The notes beneath the pieces were generated by a model that saw only the letters and a list, made by a program, of their open reading frames with translations, had not been told where the DNA came from and did no database searches. A DNA stretch of 64,000 nt from NCBI RefSeq assembly GCF_006345805.1, contig NC_043009.1, positions 58,714,001 to 58,778,000 of the forward strand. The letters run 5' to 3'. This document shows, one piece after another, positions 49,290 to 63,311 of this stretch. Position numbers and translations under genes: made by a program. Numbering within the stretch: the first letter of the stretch is position 1; every line of letters begins with the position of its first letter. Source of the DNA: Octopus sinensis. Taxonomy: Eukaryota.

Positions 49290-49815
49290 TAAGGCGGTGA
49301 ACTGGCAAAAACGTTAGTACGCCGGGCGAATTGTTTAGCGGTATTTCGTCTGCCGTTACGTTCTGAGTTCAAATTCCGCACTGGGGTCGATATAATCGAC
49401 TTGATCCGTTTGTCTGTCCTTGTTTGTTCCCTCTGTGTGTAGACCCTTGTGGGTAGTAAAGAAATAGGTATTTCGTCTACCGTTACGTTCTGAGTTCAAA
49501 TTCCTCCGAGATAGACTTTGCCTTTCATCCTTTCAGGGTCGACTAAATACGTACAAGTTACGCACTGGGGTTGATATAATCGACTTAATCCGTCTGTCTG
49601 TCCTTGTTTGACCCCTCTGTGTGTAGCTCCTTGTGGATAGTAAAGAAATAGGTATTTCGTCTAACGTTACGTTCTCAGTTCAAATTCCACCGAGATCGAC
49701 TTTGGTTTTCATCCTTTTGGTGTCGATAAATTAAGTACCAGTTGCGTACAGAGGTCGGTCTAATCGAATGGACCACTTTCCCGAAAATTTCGGGTTTGTG
49801 CCTAGAGTAGAAAAA
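49290..49815 (+). mobile_element. SINE family B trimer
   Basis: GGTATTTCGTC at 49340, 49467 and 49651. Confidence 0.85.
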
Positions 49816-50599
49816 AAGAGAATGGAATAGATTGAAAACAGATTTTCACTGATAATTATTATTATCTATTTTATAAAACGTGTGGAGACACATGGCTTAG
49901 TGGTTAGAGCAGCGGGTTCGAATCTCAGACCGGGTGATGTGTGCTTTCATGAGCGAAACACATAAGCTACACCCGACATTTGTGCTGTGTAAGTAGTCGA
50001 GTCGAGTAGCTTTTGCAGCCTCAGGACCTTGATTAAAAGCAAAAAGAAGGAGGTTTCGAAAATGTTCGGTTTACTGAAACGAACATTCCCTTTTAATGAC
50101 CTTAAAAAGAAACGAAAATTGACAAAAATTAAATAGAAACATGAAAAAAACAAAATATATTATAAAAGGATTTAAAAATGGAATTCTCGAAAAAAATAGA
50201 TTCCAAAATTTTAAAATACAGCAAATTGCAAAATTAAAAAAAACACGTCAGGAACATAGATGCTAACCCAATACATTGCATTCAATTTTTAAAAAAATGG
50301 GAAATTCGGACAGAACTTATGGGATGACCTGATAAAAACCAGAATACAAAATACATAAATATCTTAGGCATAACAAATGAGAAAAGATGAGATATTAACG
50401 TGTTATAAACTTGAAACCTACTAGAATAAATTTGCTATGTGTATGAATGTATGTATAATATAGTAAAACAGTTTTTGAGCTAAAGATTAATAATATTTGG
50501 TATACGATAAAAATTGCAGATGTTTCTCTTAAAACATTCACACAAGCAAATTCAGAATTCGCATTCCAATATCCGCTCAGAGGGAGCTCTGATCGCCAT

Positions 50600-50798
50600 G
50601 GGGCTGACTGTAGGCTGGTAGTGGTAGACAGTCATCCCCATGGCGCTTTGAATGAAAGGAAAGTACTATTTTTGCCGGCTGAGTGGTCTGCAACAACATG
50701 AAATAGAATATCTTGCTCAAGGACACAACGCGTCACTTGTAATCGAACTCGCGACCTCATGATCGTGACCCAACTATCCTAACCACTGAGCCACGTGG
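50600..50798 (-). mobile_element. Degenerate SINE with A-type head
   Basis: Minus strand GTGGCTCAGTGGTTAGG...GAGTTCGATTAC..GCGTTGTGTCCTTGAGCAAG. Confidence 0.6.
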
Positions 50799-50811
50799 CA
50801 AAATATTATTT

Positions 50812-51235
50812 TTTATTCTAGGCACAAGGCCCGAAATTATGTGGGAGGGGGCCAGTCGATTAGATCGACCACAGTACGCAACTGGTGCTTAATTTATCTG
50901 TTTCTTTATTGCCCACAAGGGGCTAAACATAGAGGGGACAAACAAGGACAGACAAACGGATTAAGTCGATTACATCGACCCCAGTGCGTAACTGGTACTT
51001 AATTTATCGACCCCGAAAGGATGAAAGGTAAAGTCGACCTCGGAGGAATTTGAACTCAGATCGAAAAGACAGATAAAAATATTTATTTTTTTCTTGCCTA
51101 CATGGGGCTAAATATACAGGGGACAAACAAGGACAGACAATTAAGTCGATTACATCGACCCCGTGCAAAACTCGTATTTATTTAATCGATCCCGAAAGGA
51201 TAAAAGGCAAATTCGGCCTGGGCGAAATTTCACGT
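50812..51235 (-). mobile_element. SINE family B multimer fragments
   Basis: Repeated GGGGACAAACAAGGACAGAC and CCCGAAAGGAT modules. Confidence 0.8.
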
Positions 51236-51676
51236 GGAGGAAATATAGCTAATACAATGAACAGGTCAATCTACTAAGCAGAAGAGTCCTTATCGTAGCT
51301 TGAATCATACTTATTAGTGATCTTTCAAAGCATATAGTTCTATGTAACTTTAATTTAGCTTTTGCACAGAAGCACATTTACACGATTCCTGTATGTAGGC
51401 GTCTATACACAGCGCTATGTTTATTTAAAAGACTGAAGAAAATTTGATTTCTGAAAACCGTATTTATATTAACACATTTCAGCATATTTATTTTTCTGTG
51501 TAAACATCCTCTTCGTATTAGAATAGAATGTTAAGCAAGATACTTATAACTATAGTGCTATAATACTCGAAACGTTCTCTTTCTAGACAATAATCTACCT
51601 TCTTTACAAGCATACACACGTTCACATAGAAAATATGTACATATATATATATTGTGTGAGTATATGTTCGTTTCTG

Positions 51677-51743
<67 letters not shown>

Positions 51744-51816
51744 CAAAATGTGACCTCGTGTGTACCGTTGGCGAATTTTTTCCTCTATCTTCCCTTCTCT
51801 GGATCTTTCCTTCTCC

Positions 51817-51852
51817 TGTTTCCGACGAAGAGATCCGCTCGAAACGTTTAAC
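51817..51852 (+). ncRNA. Degenerate minimal hammerhead-like motif
   Basis: TGTTT-CCGACGA-A-GAGA-TCC-GCTC-GAAAC-GTT; same extra-A and GAAACGTT layout as the family E motif, with a U4-to-C change. Confidence 0.35.
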
Positions 51853-51946
51853 CCTCCTTCTTTCCTTCTTTCCTGAGCGTCCAATAATACTATATTTGTT
51901 CCACGTCCTCGCGTTGTTGTGTTTTTTTGTGCTTTCTTGTTTGGAT

Positions 51947-51991
<45 letters not shown>

Positions 51992-52039
51992 ATACATATA
52001 TATATACATATACATATTATAATATATATATAGATATAT

Positions 52040-52137
<98 letters not shown>

Positions 52138-52144
52138 TACAGAT

Positions 52145-52335
52145 ACGAATGGGTGCTGGAAAGTTCTGGCTTTGCGTAGGAGAAAATACAAGGTCAGTTA
52201 ATTATCATTTTATTCAATATATTCAATTCTCACATAACACTTGTATTGCAGCGGCCCTTCAGTTTTTCTAAACTCTGTAAAAGAACTCGGTATATTGGGC
52301 CTCCAGCCAGGCCTTTCGGGATATATCGAAGACCT
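52145..52335 (-). mobile_element. Mariner 3' end with TIR
   Basis: TACGAATGGGTGCTGGAAAGTTC end; internal sequence is the reverse complement of the 13690-13866 family. Confidence 0.65.
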
Positions 52336-52338
52336 GCG

Positions 52339-52390
<52 letters not shown>

Positions 52391-53437
52391 TATATATATA
52401 TATATATATATATTAAGTGAGTGGATAAACGGAAGGATAAAGGCACTCATCAGATTTAGTAGATGTTACATATATTATCCCAAACTGTTAGATTTGGCTC
52501 AATGCGACTTTAAGTTTCGCGGGCTTCTGACAGAAATCTATCTCATTCAGGTTTATACTACAGAATGTCTCTGCTTCTTTCTCTGTGTGTGTGTGTGTAT
52601 ACATACTTATAGTAGGAGAGGTCGGGAAGTTGAAAGGAGAGAGCGAAGTGTAGCGTCAGAATGAAACAGGGGATGTTAACCTAAGAGACGTTAGTATAGG
52701 TTAAGGCACTTGTGAACATGACAGGATAAATGATCAAGGAGGAGAAAATGACAATTGAGAAATGAGCAACGACCGGTTGAGAAACGAAAAACAAAAGATG
52801 AAGAATTAAAATAAATAAATAGATAAATAAATAAATAAAGGGAAAAAATAAAAAGCTGAGGCAGAGTGAAAGAGTGAGATTTTAATAGTTTACATGATTA
52901 CACGAACAGTGAGGGGACACTTGGAAATCTGCGTTTTAAATTCCAGAAAATTCCATGACAGAGTTAACAAACCTTACGCATATAAAGGACAGTTCAACAA
53001 ACCACCTACCGCAAAAGATCGCTCCGACAACAAGATTGGTAGGTTGAGAATACACCAGCGCATTACATTAAATATTAACTATGTTTCGACTAATTTGCTA
53101 CATTTCATTTGATTTGTGAATCTATGTGATATTCTGTTCATACTCAACTTGGAAACATTTTAATTCGACTTCAATTCAGTAAACGAATAAACACTCAAGT
53201 AGCGACACTTGATGTGACATAGATGCAGAAACATATCTGCAGACAATGGTAAGAACGCTTTCTGTTTATTTAATATAGCCAACTTCATTTCAGCTGTATA
53301 TTAACATTCACGGTGTTCTAGTAAAAACTAATTAATATTACTCCACAAGAGAAAGAAAATCGGTAAATAACCACGCTATTCTTAAACAAGAGACGAAAAG
53401 AATAAAAGGAAATGACATAGCGATTGACAGCAGTCTG

Positions 53438-53470
<33 letters not shown>

Positions 53471-54369
53471 GTGTGTGTGTTGTGTGTGTGTGTGTTGTGT
53501 GTGTGTGTTGTGTGGTGTGTGTGTGTGTGTCTGTGTGTGTGTGTGTGTGTGTGAATGAGTGGTTGTGTATATAAGACTAATGATTATTATGGTAGGAAAA
53601 GAAAAAAAATTTTATTTTCTCACACTAGAATTATAAAGAAAAGAACTTGAGAATGAACTTAGAATCATTAAGATAATTTATTTACATTTATTTCTGCGAT
53701 TTCAAATTTTAATCATTTTGGAAAATAATGATATGGAGATATCTGGAGCTGCGCCGAAGTTGTTCTCGATTCTGACAGGAGTTTCAGCTTTGTTACTATC
53801 ATGTGGAGAGATTAAGATTCAAATTGACATAAGTTATGATACCTCTCGATTAGTTGGAGACAGGCAATCGATTAGGCATAGACAGAATTTGCCTAAGTGT
53901 CCATGTATTTCGAGTGTTAAGGCCATGTTGTATAAATAACAATCGCGTGTCGATGTAAAAGATCACGCAACAGTATACACGATAAATATGCAGAGAGTGA
54001 AGGATTTGTAAAGCCTGAGAATGCATCACGTAATCGTATATAAAAACCGGTTACCTAATTAGATAGATATAACGGAGAAGTTTGCTTGCTTGCATGCTAG
54101 CGATAGTACGTCAAGTACTTATTTCCAAGTGGTTGCCTACAATGTGCATCCGTGTATGTTGGTAGAGATATGTGGATACATATGTGTGTGTCTATTTATA
54201 TATGTATATAAGGAGCAAATATTCAGGAGTGAATATATTTATAGAGATATTATATTGCGATGTGTTCGTCCCAGTACTGTTGATTCTGTTGTTATCTTCC
54301 TTGTTATCTTTCGGTGAACGAGGATTTCAACTCCTATCTCTAGTAGGCAGACGCATTCGTGTGCCCTAT

Positions 54370-54420
<51 letters not shown>

Positions 54421-54488
54421 TATATTATATATATATAATAAATATATGAAAGAATGGAGTTGAACGACGAATTAACAAAATTCCTTTA

Positions 54489-54571
54489 TTTTCGACATAT
54501 GTTTCGAAGGCTGCATATTCCTAATTGCGAAGGAATAAGGAGTATATTATGCCGCTTTCTCACCAGGAAAA
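54489..54571 (-). ncRNA. Type-I hammerhead ribozyme motif with one core substitution
   Basis: TTTTC-CTGGTGA-GAAAGCGGCATA...TATGCAGCCTTC-GAAAC-ATAT-GTC-GAAAA: 5-bp stem I, 10 of 12 bp in stem II, palindromic loop III, GUC site. Confidence 0.65.
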
Positions 54572-55344
54572 GCAAGGAACTTATGTCAACATCAAGTTGC
54601 ACAAAAAACTTTTAGATACATACAAATTCCACAAATTTCCACACGAAAGCACGTAACTTCAAACGTGTCTTCTCTGATGTGAATTTGCTACCCAGGTATC
54701 GGTTAATCGAATTATCCATAACAAGATAATTCATTAAACTACTCAAATATATATATATATATATATATTATTATGTATGTGTGTATATGTATGCATATAT
54801 GTATTCTTATGTAAGTATGCGTGTGTATATTTATATATATGTGTGTGTGTGTTTATCAATTTTTTTTTAAGTTGGCCTCAAGCGGATAATCCAGTTAACA
54901 CCTCTACCTCCATTATAGTAAGTTTTAATTGTAATCCAGTATATTCTAAACATTTCGCTGCATCAAGTCTTCTGTTTGAGGAAACTCGCTAGTTTTCTTA
55001 TTACGCTGTGTCTTGTCTAACGAATATATAGCACATACACCTCATATTTAAAACATTCTGGAGATCGGGTTCGATTATAAATTAATAACCAAGCATGGCA
55101 ATTAATGTGGTGGAGAAGGTCACTTTGCAGTCAAGTTGATTCTGGTTCAGTCCCGCTGAGCGGCACTGCGGTTAAGTACCTTTTACTATACATCCGGACC
55201 AACCAGTGCCTTGTGAATGAATTTGGTAGATAGAAACTAACAGAAGCCCGTTATTTATATGCATATGTGCGCGTTTGTGTTTTAGACCCTTCCTCTTCTT
55301 TTCAGTTTCTGTTGACTTTTTAAAGTCCTCATACAATCTTTTCT

Positions 55345-56030
55345 ACTCTAGGCACAAGGTCCAAAATATTGGGGTAGGAGGAAGTCGATTAGATCGCCCC
55401 CAGTACGCAACTGGTACTTATTTTATCGACACCGAAAGGTGTAGCTTAGATGTTTCGCTCATGAAAACACACATCGCCCGGTTTGAGATTCGAACACGCT
55501 GCTCTAACCACTAAACCATGTGTCTCCACATGTTTTATAAAATAGATAATGATAATTATCAGTGAAAATCTATGGTCAGTCTATTCGATTCGATTATCTT
55601 TTTTTCTACTCTAGGCACAAGCCCGGAAATTTCGGGGGATGGGTTTGTTCAATTAGACCGACCCCAGTGCGTAACTGGTACTTAATTTAACGACACCAGA
55701 AGGATGAAAGGCAAAGTCGACCTCGGCGGAATTTGAATCCAGAACGTAAGGAAAGACGAAATACTGCTAAGAAATTCACCAGGCATGCTAACGTTTCTTA
55801 TATCTTTACTACCGACAAGGGGCTAAACATAGAGGAGACAGACAAGGACAAACAAACGGATTAAGTCAATTACATCGACCCCAGTGCGTAACTGGTACTT
55901 AATTTATCGACCCAGAAAGGATGAAGAACAAAGTCGACCTCGACGGAATTTGAACTCAGAACGTAAGGACAGACGAAATACCGCTAAGCATTTCGCCCAA
56001 TGTGCTAACCTTTCTGCCAGCTCACCGCCT
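55345..56030 (-). mobile_element. Cluster of SINE family B modules with a short C-like head (55440-55530)
   Basis: Three B cores plus GTGGAGACACATGGTTTAGTGGTTAGAGCAG on the minus strand. Confidence 0.8.
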
Positions 56031-56575
56031 TAAAGCCCTCATAGATTAACGGGTCGGAAAAAGGGACCAATAGAATGAGAACATGTTATAGAAGAACATA
56101 TACAGTGCTTGATTTGTTCGACTACACACTGCAAGGCGGTGCCCAAGTTTGGCAAGATTCCAGTGACTGAGACAAGTAAAAGATAAAATGATAAAAGATA
56201 AAAGATGTCTACATGAGTTCCTTTTCTATTGTCGCAAATCTTGAGTTTCTCCTTTCCCCTCGTCCCAACCCCAATCTCGGACACCCCGAAAAGGGTCATC
56301 AGGGTTGCCCTCTCTTCTCTGACTAAGCCATAAAAAAAGTTTCGTGAGACAGATTTTAATTATAAAGTAATATGTTTTTCATGCATTATCTCTGCTAGTT
56401 TTAATCGAAAGTTTTAATGTAATAAATTCGAAGGTGATCGTACTAAACAGAACACTAGAGTGGGAAAGAAGAAAAAAAAAGTTAATGACGTTTAGAATGC
56501 GCTGCAGGAAATTAGACAGTGAAGATGAAAACAAGATTACTACAATTACTGTTATGCGAAATTAGCATTATATAG

Positions 56576-56611
<36 letters not shown>

Positions 56612-56638
56612 ATATTAATATATATTATATATCTATAC

Positions 56639-56679
<41 letters not shown>

Positions 56680-57409
56680 ATATATGTACATATATATTCA
56701 CAAATACATGAAGAGAAACACTTATATTGTAACTAAATTTAAACATATTTGTACAGTATGTACAGACGCACATGCACACGCACAGACTATCATGTACATA
56801 CATATACACACATACACATATATATATATATACACATATATGGATATATATATATATATGTGTGTGTGTGTGTATATATACATATACATACATGCAGACA
56901 CACAAGCACACATATATATATGAATGTATGTATTCACCACTGACATTAGTTAATACCAAACTAAACGTACCAATTAATTAAATACTTGACTGATACTAAT
57001 TTTATCGAATCTCGACGGCATGAAACGGGAGGTCTACCTCGACGAGATTTGAACACAGATATATGAGTAGACTGACGTTAAGAATCCAACAGGCATTTTT
57101 CTCCAGCAATCTGGATACTGTGTTATTTAACACCTCTGCTTATGCTTCCATGCTAACAACTCCCTAACGCATCCATTTTAGGGAGGTACTGGCGATCGCA
57201 AATTCGCAGGACTGAGAAGTGGGGTGCGTTATTCTCAAAGAAAACGGTTCGTTTCATGTTGCTCAAAGGTATTCAGCTATAAATTTGTATGTCGTCCCGT
57301 TCAGGTAGAATATTGTGACTTCCGTCGTCACTTATACGCTCCCAAAAAACGAATATCCTTCTATGAGAGTACTAAGACTACAGACGGTAATATCCAGGGG
57401 TTGATCATG

Positions 57410-57447
57410 ATGTCGACGACGACGACGAAGCTGATGATGATGATGAC

Positions 57448-57490
<43 letters not shown>

Positions 57491-57491
57491 G

Positions 57492-57527
<36 letters not shown>

Positions 57528-57531
57528 CGAC

Positions 57532-57570
<39 letters not shown>

Positions 57571-57730
57571 GTTGATGATGATGATGATGATGATAATGAT
57601 GATGGTGATTATGATGATGATAATGTTGATGATGATTATGATGATGATGATGATGATGATGATTATGATGATGATGATGATGAGGATGATGATGGTGGGG
57701 GCGGTGATGGTGGTGCTGCTGCTGATGATA
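57410..57730. repeat. (GAT)n microsatellite
   Basis: Directly visible; source of the poly-M ORF. Confidence 0.95.
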
Positions 57731-58844
57731 TTGTTAACTTGCCTCTTCCTGTTTATCTTTTAATCAATTTGGAAAGATGAAGGGAAAGATGATTCTCTTC
57801 CAGATTTGAACTGATGTTATTGGGATGCAGCGTGTTACTTTGTCCTATGATCTACCTATCTTGTCATGCAACCCTTCTCGCATTGATTAAACCTAATATA
57901 AACACAATATTAGGGGGAAGTATTTGATAAGATTGATCCTGTGGAATTGATTTTTATCGATTAAGGTTAGACGGTCGACCTATACTGAAACAGAACATGC
58001 AACCATGTAACAGAATAATTCAATACTTCGATGCGCATGTCGGCAAGTATTTATCTTATGTACGAAACTGCATATATTTGGAGAGAGATAAAAGTCGATA
58101 ATACTAAAGCCAGGACACGGGAGATCGATATTTAATTCGTCCTTACTCAGCCGGAAGGATGATCTCAAAATTGATAGGGCCAACAAAAAGTTGAACTTAG
58201 TACATTAGGTTACGTGAGAAACCGCAATGAGATGCAGTACACTTTTTTTGAAAGGGATAGGTCGTCCCCAGGGAGCTCAATGTATTGGCCACAAAATGCA
58301 AGGAAACCAAAAATTTGACAATGTTGGAATGTGGAGTAAAAAGTGACAGACAGATAACATACAGAGCAATGTTGTAACTATCAGATATAGGGAACAATCC
58401 AGAAACTTGTGTATAAAAGGAATCTAATAAGATATTCGGTAATCAGAAAAATATCACATAGATCACAAACACTGTCATAAATACATAAGAACAAATGAAG
58501 AAAAAGACAGAACTTGTTCCTACCGACGCATATTTAGACGGATGTAATAGAGACAGCATGGCAATATATGAACATGAACGGATAAAATGAGGGAACACAC
58601 TAGTTTCAATATTTGTGTTTGAAGTTCGTCAGTGAGTGACCATGTACCAAATTTATGTATTCACTAAACTATTGGTTATCAACAGTTTTTAACAGCAGGA
58701 TTAGGTAAATAGGCTCTCTCTCTCTCACACACACACACACAAATACACACACACATATATATATAAATATGTATACATTTATTTACATACATATTAATAT
58801 ACATATACATATATTTACACATACACATACATACATATATATAG

Positions 58845-59090
<246 letters not shown>

Positions 59091-60012
59091 ACGTACATAC
59101 ATACATGCATACATACATAAATACATACATACATAGATACATATATACATACATGCATACATACATAAATACATAGGTATTTGTAAAGGTCTATTTGGAT
59201 GGCAAGGGAAGAAGAAATTAAGTAATGTTTCTACTACAAAAGGCAATGCACTCATAATCGAGTGCTCGAGACTTCACTTTTGACACTTCAACGCATCTGT
59301 GAGGGGATACACAACCATACAGCGATGAGTGAATTACATCCTATATCAGAAACAGCTGTAAGGAACTGAAGTTCACTACTGAAGTTCATTTCTTGCTCGC
59401 TTGTCCACTACATAATATCTTATTGTGCTCTGTACTCGTCTAACGGATATATAACACATATTCTCCATATTTTACACATTATTGACAGCGCGTTCGATTA
59501 TCAATTAATATTGTGTTGACATTGTTTTCATTGTTTTCACTACTGAATATATATGTTGATTTTTCTTTTATGATAGTATATGTATAGACACATAGAAACA
59601 AATGCCTTATCTGGTGCGTAAAATATCTCCATGTCCAAGTGTAGATAAGCCATTAAGCTATTAATATCTTCTGTATTAATATTTAAGATAAGCCATTAAA
59701 GAATAAAATGTTTTTCAAGATAGAAATTCTCTTGAGTGTTGGGGAAGAGAATCAGGGTACACGGCTTCAGACAAATACCAGTGTAGAACAGTGTGTAAAA
59801 TCAATTTTAGTTAGGTTTCAGTCTACGGAGGAAAAGTTGTTTACATTTACAAGGAAAAGTGTAACAAAAACGTTAGTATATATATCTACATCATATTTCT
59901 TAAAGATTTTTTGATAACTGTTGACTTGTGAATAAAATTGATAACTAAATACATAGATACATTCACACACACACTTATGTATATGTATATGTATGTATAT
60001 GTATATGTATAG

Positions 60013-60107
<95 letters not shown>

Positions 60108-60319
60108 GCATATGTATATAATTACTTTAACATCTAAATATAACTACATAGGTAGACCACACATACACACACCAGAGACATATAAATTAAAATAACATTA
60201 AAAGCAAATTAAGGAAAAAACTTATTACGTTGGGAAGAGGAAATTTGAATATATTATGCATATTATTTTAAGTTTTCTTATGTCCCTTGACTCAGAGTGA
60301 AGTGAATATGCATGTATGC

Positions 60320-60362
<43 letters not shown>

Positions 60363-60439
60363 CATACACAAATTAGGGTATAAATACCACTTGCTAAAAT
60401 CAAAGCGATAGCTCCTAAAACCATCATAAAAATTACGAT

Positions 60440-61600
60440 AAAGATACACATGAACAATCCAATGAACGTTTCAGAAATGATTTCGCAGTGGAAACCTCAG
60501 CCATGAAAATCGTGAACGTAGTGGAGAAATATCTGCCATCGACGACGGTCAATTAAAGATAATCATTAAGAAAGATCCACGTAAAACCTCTCGAGAACTA
60601 GCAAAAGAACTTCAAGTTAGCCAGAAAACTGCCTGTAACCATTTGCAGGCGATCGGAAAATCAGAATAACTCGACAAATGGGTGCCACACGATTGGAATA
60701 AAAATCAGAAAATGCGCAGATATGAAATTTGCTCCTAGCCTTCTCTCGGTAACCAGACCGATCCATTTCTCGACCGTATTGTAACTTGAGATGAAAAGTG
60801 GGTTCTGTACAATAGTAACAAAAAACGTTCTTCGCAGTGGTTGGGCCAAAATAAAGCTCCAAAAACCTTCCCAAAAACCGATCTCTTCAAAAAGAAGGTT
60901 ATGGTGAGTGTCTGTTGCTGTACTGCTGGACTCATCCACTTCTTAAAACCCGGCAAAAACCATTTCTGTCTCTATGACATTATTGCCCACACAGAGGGGA
61001 CAAACATGGACAGACAAAATAATTAAGTCAATTACATAGACCCCAGCGTATAACTGGTATTTATTTAATCGACCCCGAAAGAATGAAAGGCAAAGTCGAC
61101 CTCGACGGAATTTGAAATCTGAACGTAACGGAAGACGAAATACCTATTTCTTTACTACCCACAAGGGGCTAAACATAGAGAGGACAAACACAGACAGAAA
61201 AACGGATTAAGTCGATTATATCGACGCCAGTGCATAACTGGTACTTAATTTATCGAACCCGAAAGGATGAAAGGCAAAGTCGACCTCGGCGGAATTTGAA
61301 ATAACAACGAAACGACAGACGAAATACCTCTATGCATTTTGCCCGGCGTGCTAACGTTTCTGCCAGCTCACCGCCTTCTGGCAAAAACCATTCCAGCAGA
61401 AAAATATTGCCATGGACTTGCCAAAATAAACGAAATACTGCTACTCCTTCTTCGGAAACTAGTGAACAGAAGAGGGGAAATTTTTTTTCACGACAAGGCT
61501 CGACCACACGTTTCATTAATGACGGTCCAGAAGTTGAGGAAACTTTGCTAAGAATTTCTTTCACACCCAGTTTATTCCCCAGACATTCTTCTACTGACTA
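60440..61600 (+). pseudogene. Mariner transposase remnant interrupted by a SINE B dimer
   Basis: DPRKTSRELAKELQVS...LDKWVPHD...FLDRIVT*DEKWVLY...KKVMVSV...FFHDKARPHVS...YSPD: WVPHEL, DEKW, HDNARPH and YSPDL motifs in order. Confidence 0.9.
60965..61379 (-). mobile_element. SINE family B dimer, 13-bp TSD
   Basis: GGCAAAAACCATT at 60952-60964 and 61380-61392. Confidence 0.9.
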
Positions 61601-61611
61601 CTACTTGACAA

Positions 61612-61772
61612 TCGATGTTGGTGTGTTTACGTCTTTGTAACTTAGCAATTCGGCAGAAAAACCGATCGAATAAGTACCCGGCTAACAAAGAATAGGACCA
61701 GAGTTCGATTTCTCCGACTAAAAAAGGCGGTGCTTCAGCTAGGCCCTAGTCAAATGACTGAAACAAGTGAAA
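61612..61772 (+). mobile_element. SINE family D 3' half
   Basis: TGACAATCGATGTTGGTGTGTTTACGTC...AAATGACTGAAACAAG. Confidence 0.75.
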
Positions 61773-61868
61773 GAATGAAATAATAGTATACACATACACA
61801 CACACACAACAACACACATACATACATATATATATATATATTATATATATATATATATTATATATATA

Positions 61869-61911
<43 letters not shown>

Positions 61912-61923
61912 ATATACATAGTG

Positions 61924-62166
61924 CAGGCGCATGGCTCAGTGGTTAGAGCGTCGAGCTTACGATAGTGAGGTTGTGAGATCGAATCTCGGACCGGGATGCG
62001 TGTTGTGTTCTTGAGCAAGACACTTTATTTCACGTTGCTCCAGTTCAATCACCTGTAGAAATAAGTTGCCACGTCGCTGGTGCCAAGCTGTATCGGCCTT
62101 TACCTTTCCCTTGGATAACATCAGTGGTGTGGAGAAGGGAGGCCGGGAAGTATGGGCGACTACTGG
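61924..62166 (+). mobile_element. tRNA-head SINE (A-type head, different body)
   Basis: CAGGCGCATGGCTCAGTGGTTAGAGCG...TGTGTTCTTGAGCAAGACACTTTATTTCACGTTGCTCCAG. Confidence 0.75.
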
Positions 62167-62177
62167 ATGGATGGATG

Positions 62178-62211
<34 letters not shown>

Positions 62212-62675
62212 AGATAGATAGATAGATAGATAGATAATCAGACGGATATGGAAAGAGGAACTGAAATAGAAAATATGCTGTTAGGTGTCAAATGTTAATG
62301 ATTCTTTCTACACGAAGACACCAATTAGATGCCTTAGCGTCTGATATTTAGACTACAGGTGATAAGAGGTCAATATCTAGTCGAATATTCACAAATGGTT
62401 ATTCAATAAACAGCAGGTCGAGGCATTCCCCTGCCTGCAAGTGTGCCTGGAAGATGGATATATGCTGAGTGTATACATGATGCGTGTGTGTGTGTGTTAT
62501 GACTGCAAATCAGGTTAAGCCAATTTTCAGTAAAGCTTCATATTTTGCAGAGTTGTGATATATCTGTTCCACAGTGATTTATAGACAAGGAATATTAACT
62601 GACACGCTAACGCGTGTGGACGTATATACTGGACGCATATATCTACATATGAAAATATATATATATATGCATGCA

Positions 62676-62706
<31 letters not shown>

Positions 62707-62965
62707 GTATGTATGTATGTATGTATATATATGTGTATGTATGTATATTTATGTATATATAAGTATACAACCATATATATGTATGTATCAAACCAACATA
62801 TATAGGTATACAAATATATAAAATAACGTGAACACGTATTCATAAATACGTATATATTCGTTCTTGTATATATATGTGTACATGTATGTATATATCTATA
62901 TGTGTGTATATATTTTATATATATGTGCATGTATAAATATACATATATATCTATCTATATGTATG

Positions 62966-63026
<61 letters not shown>

Positions 63027-63222
63027 TATTCGAGACAAAACCCTATTTTTGCAAAACAAACAAGGAAAGACTTAATCAATACATAAAATTTTAATAAATA
63101 GTCAAAAAAAACCGCCACTACAATCGTTCTTGTCTTGATCAACAATCTTCAGGTGGAATTCCAATAATTCAGTGTCAAATTATAAATTTGGATTTATTCC
63201 CTAATATTTATTATTATATAAT

Positions 63223-63258
<36 letters not shown>

Positions 63259-63260
63259 AT

Positions 63261-63311
<51 letters not shown>

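Noticed and set aside
53830-53916. Minus-strand ATG (ACAACATGG) with a short frame MALTLEIHGHLGKFCLCLIDCLSPTNRE and a GTATCA donor
   Set aside because: Weak donor, no recognisable homology, and expected by chance in this much sequence
59295-59365. GATGA...GAAAC-AGCT-GTA hammerhead-like string
   Set aside because: The 5' core lacks CUG and stems I and II do not pair convincingly; could be a very old relic but is unsupported
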